From assembly GCA_945892765.1 (NCBI GenBank), contig CAMDDQ010000002.1, positions 3,427 through 67,426 of the forward strand: DNA of 64,000 nt, written 5' to 3'. The position numbers and the translations under genes were made by a program. Below, in pieces: positions 28,918 through 37,631 of this stretch; the first letter of the stretch is position 1, and each line of letters begins with the position of its first letter. Under the pieces are notes generated by a model that saw only the letters and a list, made by a program, of their open reading frames with translations, was not told the origin of the DNA and did not search any database. The stretch comes from Asaia bogorensis. Lineage in GTDB: Bacteria > Pseudomonadota > Alphaproteobacteria > CACIAM-22H2.

Positions 28918-29738
28918 GGCGACTCCGCATAGGCGCGCAGCAGGCGGCCGGCGCGTTGCCTTAGTAGCCAGGGCATCGGACCGAAGTAACGGCCTTCGCC
29001 CGTCTGCGGCTCCGCTTTGGCGGTGCCGGCGACAAAACATGCGAGCAGATCAATGGTCATGCGCGCGCACAAAATGGCGGTATGGCAGCGCAGATTGACG
29101 ACATTCATGCCCTTGATGCGGCCGATGGGCTCGGCGGCGTAAATCGCGCCGGTATCGATTCCGGCGTCGATGCCGTGCAGAGTGACATTCATATCCTGGG
29201 GTCGCCCTTCAAGCACCGCCCATAGATTGGTGTCGAGGCCGCGATAGGCCGGCAATTTTCCGCCATGGGCGTTGACCGTGCCGAGCCTTGGCGCATCGAA
29301 GATCCGCGCCTTGACCACGCCGGTGCCATAGACCAGTTGAAGGTCCGGCGACGCCTCGGCAAGCGCCGCCGCCGCGTCGTCATCGTTGATGGATCGTACC
29401 TTTTTGACCGAGAGAGATTGGGGCAGGCTGCTGTCGCCATCGGGGAAGAAAAGTGAATTTTCGAACTCGGCTTGGGCGCGGGCGAAGGATAGGGGCTGGA
29501 AATAGGGGTTGAGCGCAAGGCCGCGCCATAGATTTGGGAAAGTCTGCCGCAAGTGTCGCTTCGCGTTGCGGCCCCACGGATAGGGCCTGGTCTCGAACAG
29601 CGCGAGAACAAGTTCGACACGTTCCGGCTTCTCCCGCCACAAGCGGCGAAGATAATAACGGTGGTGCGGTGTGTCGGTCGTAAGCACGGCAACCCGAATG
29701 ACGCCATCCCGCTTCGTGGAGCCGGCATCTTCGTTCAT
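28914..29738 (-). CDS. Formyltransferase (Fmt / ArnA-N-terminal-like sugar N-formyltransferase).
   Basis: 'NAHGGKLPAYRGLDTNLWAVLEG' resembles the formyl_trans_N H..LP.YRG motif. Start ATG at 29738 overlaps the upstream stop. Confidence 0.6.
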   Translation of the reverse strand: MNEDAGSTKRDGVIRVAVLTTDTPHHRYYLRRLWREKPERVELVLALFETRPYPWGRNAKRHLRQTFPNLWRGLALNPYFQPLSFARAQAEFENSLFFPDGDSSLPQSLSVKKVRSINDDDAAAALAEASPDLQLVYGTGVVKARIFDAPRLGTVNAHGGKLPAYRGLDTNLWAVLEGRPQDMNVTLHGIDAGIDTGAIYAAEPIGRIKGMNVVNLRCHTAILCARMTIDLLACFVAGTAKAEPQTGEGRYFGPMPWLLRQRAGRLLRAYAESP

Positions 29739-31663
29739 GTTCTCGTGGCGATCAGCGGGGCCGCGCCAGCCGTTTGCTTCGCGAAGGCCTCGGCATACCA
29801 ACCGCCCCGGCGAAGCAGGGCCTCATGGGCGCCGATGGCGACGAGTCTGCCGCCATCAATGACGATGATCTGATCGGCGTCGGCAACGGTCGACAGGCGG
29901 TGGGCGATCACAACGATGGTCGTTGCCGTGTCCCGCCGGATGCGGCGCAGCGCCTCGCGAAACTTCACCTCGGCGTCCGCGTCGAGTTGACTGGTTGGCT
30001 CGTCGAGGATCAGGACGGCAGACTGTCGCGCGAGGGCGCGGGCGAGGTCGAGACGCTGGCGTTGGCCCCCGGAAAGTCGATGCCCATCTTCGCCAAGTGC
30101 GGTGTCGTAGCCCTTCGGCAACTTCTCGATGAACTCCGCCGCCCCCGCCAGATTGGCCGCCGCGCGCACCTCGTCATCCGTGGCCTTCGGGTTGCCATAT
30201 CGAATGTGCTCGGCGACGAGGACGTCGAAAATCTGGGGGCTCTGCGACACATAGGCAATGCCGGCGCGCAGGGAATCGAGCGCGAATTCGGTGAGCGCCG
30301 CACCATCGATAGAAATCGAACCGCCTGTCGGATCGCGGAGGCGTGGCAAGAGGTCGATCAAGGTCGATTTGCCGCTGCCCGAAGGCCCGACCAAGGCCGT
30401 CATTTGACCGGCGGGGATGTCGAAGGAAATGTCGTGCAGCGCCGGTACTTCCGTTCCCAGGCCGTAATCGAATGTCACGCCGTTGAAGCGGATCGCCCGC
30501 CGCAGCCCGCTGAAGCGGCGCTCCCCGCCCTTGTCTTCGCGGGCCGCGTCGAGGGCTGCCAGCCTTTGTTCCACGGCGCGGAGACTCGCCGAGAATCCGA
30601 GGACGACATGGTGCATCTTGACCATTTCGGTTACGGCCGGAAGCAGACGCAGCAGGATCAACAGAAATAAACCGATCGTTTCGAGCGGCATCGCGGCAAC
30701 GGTCGTGGCCACGTACAGCATGACGAAGCTGAAGGCCACGACGACCGGCTCCATCAGGGTGTTGATGCTCGCCCCCAGCGATTGGAAACGTACGGCCCTT
30801 TTGGCCTGTCGCAGCGTCAACATTTCCATGCGCGCAATCTCGCCGGCTTGGGTGCCGGATAGACGAATGAGGCGCACGGCCTTCAATCGCTCGGCGAGGA
30901 ACGTGGCCACACTGCGACTCGACTCGCTGATCCTCTGACTGGCTTCGCGGCTTTGCCCGATCAGGCCGCGGAGCATTCCGACCGAGCCGCCGAACACAAC
31001 CAATGACGCGAGCGTCATCCAGGGCGACAGCAGGGTCAGCAATCCGGCGTAGAAGGCCATCAGGATAGTGCCGCCCGCGACGCGAACGACGCACATTACT
31101 GCGCCGACGGCGCGCGGGGCCTCGACGACCAGGTCATTCACGACCGCGCCGAGCCGAGCGTCTTCCTGCGCGGTGACGCGTGCGGTCAAATAGCGGCGAA
31201 ACCCAAGATTGCGCAGCGATTGGATGGACGACTCATTGACCCGCGCCTCATAGATCATGCGGGCGTAGACGAAGGCCTGGCGAAGAAGAATTCCGGCGAA
31301 ACTCGCGGCCAGCAGGGTGACCAGGCTGACCTGGAGGCCGAGGGCCTCGTGCGCCGAGATGATCCAGCGCCAAAACGTTCCTTGGGCGAGCGGGCCAATA
31401 GCCTCGCCGGCTTGCATGAATTGAAATACAGGCAGCAGCATCGAAACGCCGAGGCCCTCGAAGGCGACGGCGCCAACCTGCAACACCAGCAATATCCCGA
31501 CACGGCGGCGCGTGAAGCCGACCCGCGGCGCGGCGCGTATGGCGTCCTTGTACGCCAAATCCGTCACTCCGACCGCGGCCTTGCTCCGTCGAGCAAGAGG
31601 CTCCTGATCGGATCGCCGCCGAATCGATGACCGTCGAAACGGCCGGAGAAGGAGGGACGACAT
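29735..31663 (-). CDS. ABC transporter, fused permease-ATPase type I exporter (MsbA-like).
   Basis: Six TM helices followed by 'GPSGSGKSTL' Walker A, 'LSGGQRQRLDLARAL' signature and 'ILDEPTSQLD' Walker B. The N-terminal 100 nt overlap the upstream ORF, so the start is uncertain. Confidence 0.8.
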   Translation of the reverse strand: MSSLLLRPFRRSSIRRRSDQEPLARRSKAAVGVTDLAYKDAIRAAPRVGFTRRRVGILLVLQVGAVAFEGLGVSMLLPVFQFMQAGEAIGPLAQGTFWRWIISAHEALGLQVSLVTLLAASFAGILLRQAFVYARMIYEARVNESSIQSLRNLGFRRYLTARVTAQEDARLGAVVNDLVVEAPRAVGAVMCVVRVAGGTILMAFYAGLLTLLSPWMTLASLVVFGGSVGMLRGLIGQSREASQRISESSRSVATFLAERLKAVRLIRLSGTQAGEIARMEMLTLRQAKRAVRFQSLGASINTLMEPVVVAFSFVMLYVATTVAAMPLETIGLFLLILLRLLPAVTEMVKMHHVVLGFSASLRAVEQRLAALDAAREDKGGERRFSGLRRAIRFNGVTFDYGLGTEVPALHDISFDIPAGQMTALVGPSGSGKSTLIDLLPRLRDPTGGSISIDGAALTEFALDSLRAGIAYVSQSPQIFDVLVAEHIRYGNPKATDDEVRAAANLAGAAEFIEKLPKGYDTALGEDGHRLSGGQRQRLDLARALARQSAVLILDEPTSQLDADAEVKFREALRRIRRDTATTIVVIAHRLSTVADADQIIVIDGGRLVAIGAHEALLRRGGWYAEAFAKQTAGAAPLIATRT

Positions 31664-32499
31664 TTATGCGCCGGGGCATATTGAATAATACAAACGACGC
31701 GAACGCCACCGCGGCATCGAGAGCCGAAATGCAGGCAGTTCGAGGTGTCGACGAATGCCCCTCGGCCGGCCGGACCGACCAGCGCAACGGCGTCTTCGGG
31801 GCGGCAATGTTGAAACACTTCTTCGTCGCTCAGGCGAGTATCGCCCGAATATGAGCGGCGCTCGTAGGATGTCGCGCCGCGAACGCGGGACGTAACATCC
31901 GCCGGCAGAAAGGTCAGGGGGCCGCTTTCGGGTCCGACGTCCAGCACATTGAGGAATGCCTGCAGGAATCCCACGCTCGGTTTATCGAGGTGGTAAAGCT
32001 CGCTCTGGATTGAGGCGGCGCGGCCTGGGGACACGCAGAGCATGATGTTTTGCAGGCGCGGCATCGTGCCGAAATAGCCGGCGGCGATCTCTACCATCGC
32101 GGGCGACAGGGCCGCGTCGAGAAAGGCGGGGCGATCGAGAATGTCGCGCGATGTCAGGATGTCATAGAAAGGCTGCGCCCCATCTTGAGGTACGGAACTC
32201 GCGCGTTCGGCGTAAAGCGCCTGCCCGGCGGAAACCAACGCCGCGACCTCCGGGACGATCGATGAATCGATAGGCGCAAATCCCTTCGCCCGGGGAATGT
32301 GGTTCCCCCGCGGCGACCCCGCCGACACCGATCGGGCGACCCTGCGGCGAGGCCAGCAATCCAACGGCCGGCGCGCAACGTCCAGGGCCTCCGCGGCGAC
32401 CCTGATCGCCGGAAAGGGCAAGCCCGCGCGCAGGCCGTAAATGAACATCATTTCTTGGACCGGTGTGCGGCGCGGTTTGATTTTGGCGGGGACGTCCAT
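31564..32499 (-). CDS. Putative Fe(II)/2-oxoglutarate-dependent oxygenase (PhyH-like).
   Basis: 'LYHLDKP' (HxD) and a later 'NCLHFGS' His, consistent with the PhyH facial triad. The match is weak. Confidence 0.35.
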   Translation of the reverse strand: MDVPAKIKPRRTPVQEMMFIYGLRAGLPFPAIRVAAEALDVARRPLDCWPRRRVARSVSAGSPRGNHIPRAKGFAPIDSSIVPEVAALVSAGQALYAERASSVPQDGAQPFYDILTSRDILDRPAFLDAALSPAMVEIAAGYFGTMPRLQNIMLCVSPGRAASIQSELYHLDKPSVGFLQAFLNVLDVGPESGPLTFLPADVTSRVRGATSYERRSYSGDTRLSDEEVFQHCRPEDAVALVGPAGRGAFVDTSNCLHFGSRCRGGVRVVCIIQYAPAHKCRPSFSGRFDGHRFGGDPIRSLLLDGARPRSE

Positions 32500-32505
32500 G
32501 GTTGC

Positions 32506-33348
32506 CTATCCCTGCGCCGCCGCCGCCCGTGGCTGAGAAATCGCCGCGCTCGGCCGCAAACGGAAACGGGCCATGCGGATGGGCACGGTTGGCTTGTAGC
32601 CCGCGGTCGCCCATTCGCGAACTTCCTCGCAATCCAGCCGCGTCCCTTTGATCGCATCCATAAAGAATCGCGAGTTGTGGTGCCAATTGACGTTGTCGTT
32701 TTGGTATTCGCAATCGGAGTCCGCATAGGTGAAGGTCAGCAGGAATACGCTTCGTTCGTGAATGAAATCGGCCATGTCGCGGATCAATTGTCGAACCGCC
32801 TCGGGCGGCATATGCACAACGACATCTTGGGCGTAGATGACATCAAACTTTTTCCCGGCCAGCGCGGCCAGCGAGCCGCCGCTCAAATGAACGAAATTCG
32901 GGTTCTTGTGCGAAAGGCCACATGTGGCAACCCACCCGCGCGCGCGTTCGAGGCATTCGCTTGAGATGTCGGCGCCGGTGTAACGGCCAGGCCCCAGATG
33001 CAGAATGAAATTGACCCCCGTGGCGCCCCCGCCGCAGCCATAGTCCAAGAACGTCGTCGCCGGCGTAATCCAACCGTGGGTTGCGAAATATTCCGGCGCG
33101 AACCGGCGGCGACGCTCCTCGGGTGTGCCGGTAACGGCCGCGCCCGATTTGCCCGTCCAGGCGCCGCGGGCGCGGCGGTCCATCATCCGCTCGTAGAAAT
33201 CGGTGTAGCTGCCGCCCCGAAGCCTTGTCGTCCACAACAGCCACTTATTCACGGTGCGCCGGAACGGCTTTTTGACTCTATTGAGGAAGGCCAGGACGAT
33301 CGGGAACAGCCCGAGTGCCACCAATATTCTCTTCAGAATCTTGCGCAT
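32506..33348 (-). CDS. Class I SAM-dependent methyltransferase with an N-terminal TM anchor.
   Basis: 'ILVALGLFPIVLAFL' hydrophobic N-terminus. 'FLDYGCGGGATG' SAM motif. Confidence 0.65.
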   Translation of the reverse strand: MRKILKRILVALGLFPIVLAFLNRVKKPFRRTVNKWLLWTTRLRGGSYTDFYERMMDRRARGAWTGKSGAAVTGTPEERRRRFAPEYFATHGWITPATTFLDYGCGGGATGVNFILHLGPGRYTGADISSECLERARGWVATCGLSHKNPNFVHLSGGSLAALAGKKFDVIYAQDVVVHMPPEAVRQLIRDMADFIHERSVFLLTFTYADSDCEYQNDNVNWHHNSRFFMDAIKGTRLDCEEVREWATAGYKPTVPIRMARFRLRPSAAISQPRAAAAQG

Positions 33349-33403
33349 GGTTCCATCCGGTGTTTATCGCTGGGACGCCTGCCAATGGCCAAGGGGCGGC
33401 AGA

Positions 33404-34420
33404 TCACTCGATTGCCTCGGGCGTGAGCGCCTCGAACGCCGCGATGCGCCGCCGAAGCCTGCGGCCGGAAAGATGAGGCGCATCAGCTGGGGACAGCGGT
33501 CCCTCCGGACGAATGATCTTGATGTCAGTTTCGGCGATCCTGTGGCCGGCATCGAGGTCGCGTGCAGCGTAAAGCCCGCGGCGCATGCGCCGGCGCATGG
33601 CGTCCTCGCCCGGCGCCGGAATCTTTTGTCCGTTGCCTAACATCCGTTCAATGCGGCGGATCGAGGTTACCAATCCCGCCATACCGACGGGATCAAGCGA
33701 CAGCGGGTGATCGCCGGGGCGCTGATTGCTGTCCAGCGTGAAGTGCTTCTCGATCACCCGTGCCCCCAACGCCACGGCCACGATGGGTGCCTCGGCGCCG
33801 ATCGTGTGGTCGGAGTAGCCCAGCGTGACATCGGGGAACCGGGCGCGCATGGTCTTAAGCGCGAGCAGATTGGCGTCCTCGTCGGGCAACGGATAAAGCG
33901 ACACGCAGTGCAGCAGCACAAGCCGTTCGGCCGGAACCAAAGCTGCGGCCCCGGCGACTTCGTCAAGCGTGGACATCCCCGTGGACAGCAGCACCGGCTT
34001 GCCGGTCGCGGCCCCGGCACGGATCAATTGGTGGAACGTGAGATCGCCTGAAGCGATCTTGATTGCCGGCATGCGTGGCGCCATTGCGTCAAGGATGTCG
34101 AGGGCGAATGGTGTCGTCAGGAAGTCGATTCCGAGGCCCGCGCAACGGTCGATAATTCGATCATAGGTCTCGGGGGGAAGCTCCAAAGATTTGAATCGTT
34201 CGAACTGGGATCTATAGGCGCTTCCGGCCATCGGCATCGGCGCGGCATTTGGGTGAATCAGAGACCCGGCGTCATAGGTCTGAAATTTGACGGCATCAGC
34301 GCCAGCGCCAGCCGCTTCCTCCACGAGTCGCAGCGCGACCGTCGAATCGCCATTGTGGTTGCCGCCGATCTCCGCGACGACATAGACGTGGCGGCCCAGG
34401 TCGGTGCGGCCGATGATCAT
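33404..34420 (-). CDS. NeuB-family nonulosonic acid synthase, paralog 3.
   Basis: 'VYVVAEIGGNHNGDSTVALRLVEEAAGAGADAVKFQ' with a C-terminal SAF domain. Start at the internal ATG (34420). Confidence 0.8.
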   Translation of the reverse strand: MIIGRTDLGRHVYVVAEIGGNHNGDSTVALRLVEEAAGAGADAVKFQTYDAGSLIHPNAAPMPMAGSAYRSQFERFKSLELPPETYDRIIDRCAGLGIDFLTTPFALDILDAMAPRMPAIKIASGDLTFHQLIRAGAATGKPVLLSTGMSTLDEVAGAAALVPAERLVLLHCVSLYPLPDEDANLLALKTMRARFPDVTLGYSDHTIGAEAPIVAVALGARVIEKHFTLDSNQRPGDHPLSLDPVGMAGLVTSIRRIERMLGNGQKIPAPGEDAMRRRMRRGLYAARDLDAGHRIAETDIKIIRPEGPLSPADAPHLSGRRLRRRIAAFEALTPEAIE

Positions 34421-34421
34421 C

Positions 34422-35834
34422 CTAGGTCGCGACCCCGTGAGGGGCGGAACCGGCGCCCTGCCATGAATCGGCGCCACGGGTCATGTGTTGCGCCGTCCAG
34501 TAGTCGAAGGGCGTGGCGATGCGCAGCGCATCATAGGGCGCCAACTCGATATGCCCGACGGCGCGGCCGAACAAATCGCTGCCCGAGATCAGATTTTCAG
34601 CCTTTAATGCGTACAGGCCGCCAGCCTCGCGGTAGATGACGTCGCGATCCTGGCGCACGACTCGTTTCTGGTAGCCGACCGGCGTGAGTCCGAATCGTCC
34701 GACTTTCCAGTGATAGGTGAGGTCTTCCACGACCGCGACGACCGAATCTGTATCGTAGAGCAGTAGGGTATCCAGCGCCTCTACGACATGGTCGCGGCGA
34801 ATGAAAGGCGATGTGGGATGGATGATCAGGACGAGATCCGGCTGATATCCATCGTCGGCCTGAAGGCGGTGCAACAGGTCGGTCAAGACCGCCTCGAACG
34901 CGATGGCCGGACTGTTCAGCGCCTTGCTACGCAGGAAGGGAGCCTCGGCGCCGGCCGCCCGCGCTGCATCCGCGACCTCGGCATCGTCGGTCGAGACAAC
35001 AATGCGCTCGATCATTTCGACGCCGCGGAGCTTATCGATGCAGCGGGCCAGCAGGTTGCCGTTCTCGAGGGATAGCAAGGGCAGCTTCGATCCATTGAAC
35101 CGGTCGGCCCTCGCCGGAAGGACGGCGAGGACCCGCCGCTGGAAGCGTTCGCGATGTTCTGCGACGAAGCGGTGTTTGACCGCCCGCCGCGTTTCCATCC
35201 GCCCTTCCCAGTTTCGAGACATGCTCTTGCCGTGCTCGCGGCGGAAGTAGAGCGGCAACGATACATTCCGAACTTGGAACTTTTCGATGAACTTGATCCA
35301 GAAGTCATAGTCTTCTTGGTAGCGAATGGACTCATTGTAGCCGCCGATCGCGTCGAAACAGGGGCGGCGATACATGGCGCCGGCGGCCGGCGCGGAGCGA
35401 TCGAGCAGCTCCACCTCTTCATTCACACGGTAGTGTCGTACGCGCTCGATGATGTCGCCATGCGAATCAACGGCGACGAGGTCGCAGAAGACAAGTCCAA
35501 TATCGGGGTGACGATCGAGATAGGTCGCCAGCACCAGAGCCAGGTTTTCGTCGTACCAGTCATCAGCGTCGAGTCGCACAATGTATTCGCCCGTCGATGC
35601 GGCGATCCCGCGATTGCAGGCGGCGGCCAGGCCGATCCCGGCGGTGCGGACGATCTTCAATCCGGGTCTTCCCTCATAACGAAGGAGAATTTGAGGCGTT
35701 TCATCGGTCGACCCATCGTCGACGACGACGACTTCGACCGCCGCATAATTCTGGCTGAGCGCGCTGTCCAGTGCGCGCGGCAAGTATTTCGCGTAGTTGT
35801 GCGCAGTGACGATGATGCTGACGGGAGTAGGCAC
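34422..35834 (-). CDS. Bifunctional fusion: an N-terminal GT2 glycosyltransferase and a C-terminal NeuA-like CMP-sugar cytidylyltransferase.
   Basis: N-terminal 'VSIIVTAHNYAKYL...VVVVDDGSTD...RLDADD' GT2. C-terminal 'LAVLPARADRFNGSKLPL' CTP_transf_3 signature. GTG start overlaps the upstream TAG by 1 nt. Confidence 0.7.
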   Translation of the reverse strand: MPTPVSIIVTAHNYAKYLPRALDSALSQNYAAVEVVVVDDGSTDETPQILLRYEGRPGLKIVRTAGIGLAAACNRGIAASTGEYIVRLDADDWYDENLALVLATYLDRHPDIGLVFCDLVAVDSHGDIIERVRHYRVNEEVELLDRSAPAAGAMYRRPCFDAIGGYNESIRYQEDYDFWIKFIEKFQVRNVSLPLYFRREHGKSMSRNWEGRMETRRAVKHRFVAEHRERFQRRVLAVLPARADRFNGSKLPLLSLENGNLLARCIDKLRGVEMIERIVVSTDDAEVADAARAAGAEAPFLRSKALNSPAIAFEAVLTDLLHRLQADDGYQPDLVLIIHPTSPFIRRDHVVEALDTLLLYDTDSVVAVVEDLTYHWKVGRFGLTPVGYQKRVVRQDRDVIYREAGGLYALKAENLISGSDLFGRAVGHIELAPYDALRIATPFDYWTAQHMTRGADSWQGAGSAPHGVAT

Positions 35835-36601
35835 TATTCTCTGTCTCCGCGTAGCCTGACGTTGATTGACGAGTCGATCTCCATCGCCGGTACTTGGCTG
35901 TTCAACGCGACGATTTCCGGATGGGCGTCAAGCCAGGCGATAATTTCCTTGAGCCGCGGGGGATTGCCTCCGAAGGCCTCATAGACCGCGCGGACGACGG
36001 CAAGGTCCTGCGGCGTGTCGATCGTCAACCGCAGTTCCGGCCGCCTTAGCGCGGGGTCGGCGACTGCGAATTTGCAAACATTGAATCGATCCGGCCGGCG
36101 AATCATCAAAGTCATGTACTCGCTGGCCTTGGGGTCTTCGGCGAGATCATGGCAGCGTTCGAGCGCCTTCAACGACATGACTTCGCATCGCGTGCCGCGC
36201 GGCGGATCCTCCGTGTAGGTATAATCGGCGCCGGCCTCTTTATGGGCCGCCAGCAACTGGTCCATGATTTCCGGATCGGTCAGCGGATTGTCACCCGTAA
36301 TCCGGACGATTGTGTGGGTGGCTCGACTCCAAGCCACCTCGATGAAGCGCGACATCACGTCGAGCTCGTCGCCACGGTAGACGCGCGCGCCGATCGTCCC
36401 AGCCAGTTCCTCAAGCGGATCGTCGTCCGGGTTCGTCGATGTACACCAGACGACATCCTCCGAAAGCCTCGCCTGCGAGACACGTTCGTGAAGTCGAAGA
36501 ATCAATGGTTTGCCCACGAGGTCGGCCAGGGCCTTCCTGGGAAGCCTTGAGGATTTTAGCCGTACGGCAACCAGGGCCAGCGTGCCGCTATGCGGGATCA
36601 T
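35834..36601 (-). CDS. CMP-sugar cytidylyltransferase (SpsF/PseF-like), second stand-alone copy.
   Basis: 'LALVAVRLKSSRLPRKAL' signature. Confidence 0.7.
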   Translation of the reverse strand: MIPHSGTLALVAVRLKSSRLPRKALADLVGKPLILRLHERVSQARLSEDVVWCTSTNPDDDPLEELAGTIGARVYRGDELDVMSRFIEVAWSRATHTIVRITGDNPLTDPEIMDQLLAAHKEAGADYTYTEDPPRGTRCEVMSLKALERCHDLAEDPKASEYMTLMIRRPDRFNVCKFAVADPALRRPELRLTIDTPQDLAVVRAVYEAFGGNPPRLKEIIAWLDAHPEIVALNSQVPAMEIDSSINVRLRGDRE

Positions 36602-37590
36602 GGGAGATCCTCCGCCAGGATCGGCTCGTCAGGCAGTTTGGCCGCCGCCAACAGCCGTCCCGCGAGCCGTTCAACGTCCGACTCGCTTAGCCCGGCCCGA
36701 TTGGTGCGCTTAAAGACCGCGTCTTTGGCGGTGAGGTGGTGGTCCCTGGGCAATGAACCCGCGGCGACAGCCTGCCGTTTCATCTCGTAGCGATACTTCG
36801 TCTCCGCGGGCGAGAGTGCGTCGCCGCCGTCGCCGAGGGATGTCCCGACGAGGCGCAGGAATCGCGTGAAGTCGGCGAACTCGGCGGGCTCGAGCGCCGA
36901 GAAATGGTCGCGACCCTTCCTCGACCGATCGTCCGTCACGTGTTTTTCAATGACCTCCGCTCCGGCCGCGAGCGCCATCGCCGGCAGGGTTCGGGCTTGT
37001 TCGCGGGCCGATGCGTCGGTGTGATCGGCAAATCCGACCGGCAACCCGAAACGCTGCTTCAAAGCCGGAAGTCGCGCGAGCTTCATGTCCTCTATCCGCG
37101 TGGGATAGCTCTGAAATCCGTGCATGAGCGTGACGCGCGCCTGGGTGAGGGGACTAATGACACCCAGCGCCGCGGCAATCTCTGCGTCCGTGGCGCCGCC
37201 GACGGCAAGGTGCAGGGGCTTGCCCGTGTGCGCCGCCGCCGCAAGGAAACGAAGGTTCGCGATATCCGAGGTAGGAAGCTTGTAGCCGCTGACGCTGCCG
37301 CTGCCTTCGGCCAGGTCCAAGCTAGGCTCATCGAAGGCCTCAACCCAAATTGCGACCGACGCACCGCGATATTCCGCAAGAATTTCTCGCCATGTTTCGG
37401 CGGCGATTTCGATCTGTCCAAAGGATTCGAATTTCGGATGGAAACGCGAAATCAGCGCGTCGCGGCGGAAGATCTGGAATTTTACCGCGTCAGCTCCGGT
37501 TCCCGCGGCCAGTTCAAACAATCGCCTTGCCAGCGCGGGGTCGCCTTCGTGAGCGGAGGCGATCTCGGCAACGATATAGGGAAGGTTCAC
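36598..37590 (-). CDS. NeuB-family synthase, paralog 4 (divergent).
   Basis: 'YIVAEIASAHEGDPALARRLFELAAGTGADAVKFQ' with a C-terminal SAF domain. 330 aa. Confidence 0.75.
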   Translation of the reverse strand: MNLPYIVAEIASAHEGDPALARRLFELAAGTGADAVKFQIFRRDALISRFHPKFESFGQIEIAAETWREILAEYRGASVAIWVEAFDEPSLDLAEGSGSVSGYKLPTSDIANLRFLAAAAHTGKPLHLAVGGATDAEIAAALGVISPLTQARVTLMHGFQSYPTRIEDMKLARLPALKQRFGLPVGFADHTDASAREQARTLPAMALAAGAEVIEKHVTDDRSRKGRDHFSALEPAEFADFTRFLRLVGTSLGDGGDALSPAETKYRYEMKRQAVAAGSLPRDHHLTAKDAVFKRTNRAGLSESDVERLAGRLLAAAKLPDEPILAEDLP

Positions 37591-37631
37591 GCCGATCCAA
37601 CTCTAGTTGAAGGGCCCAATTGCAACACTGG

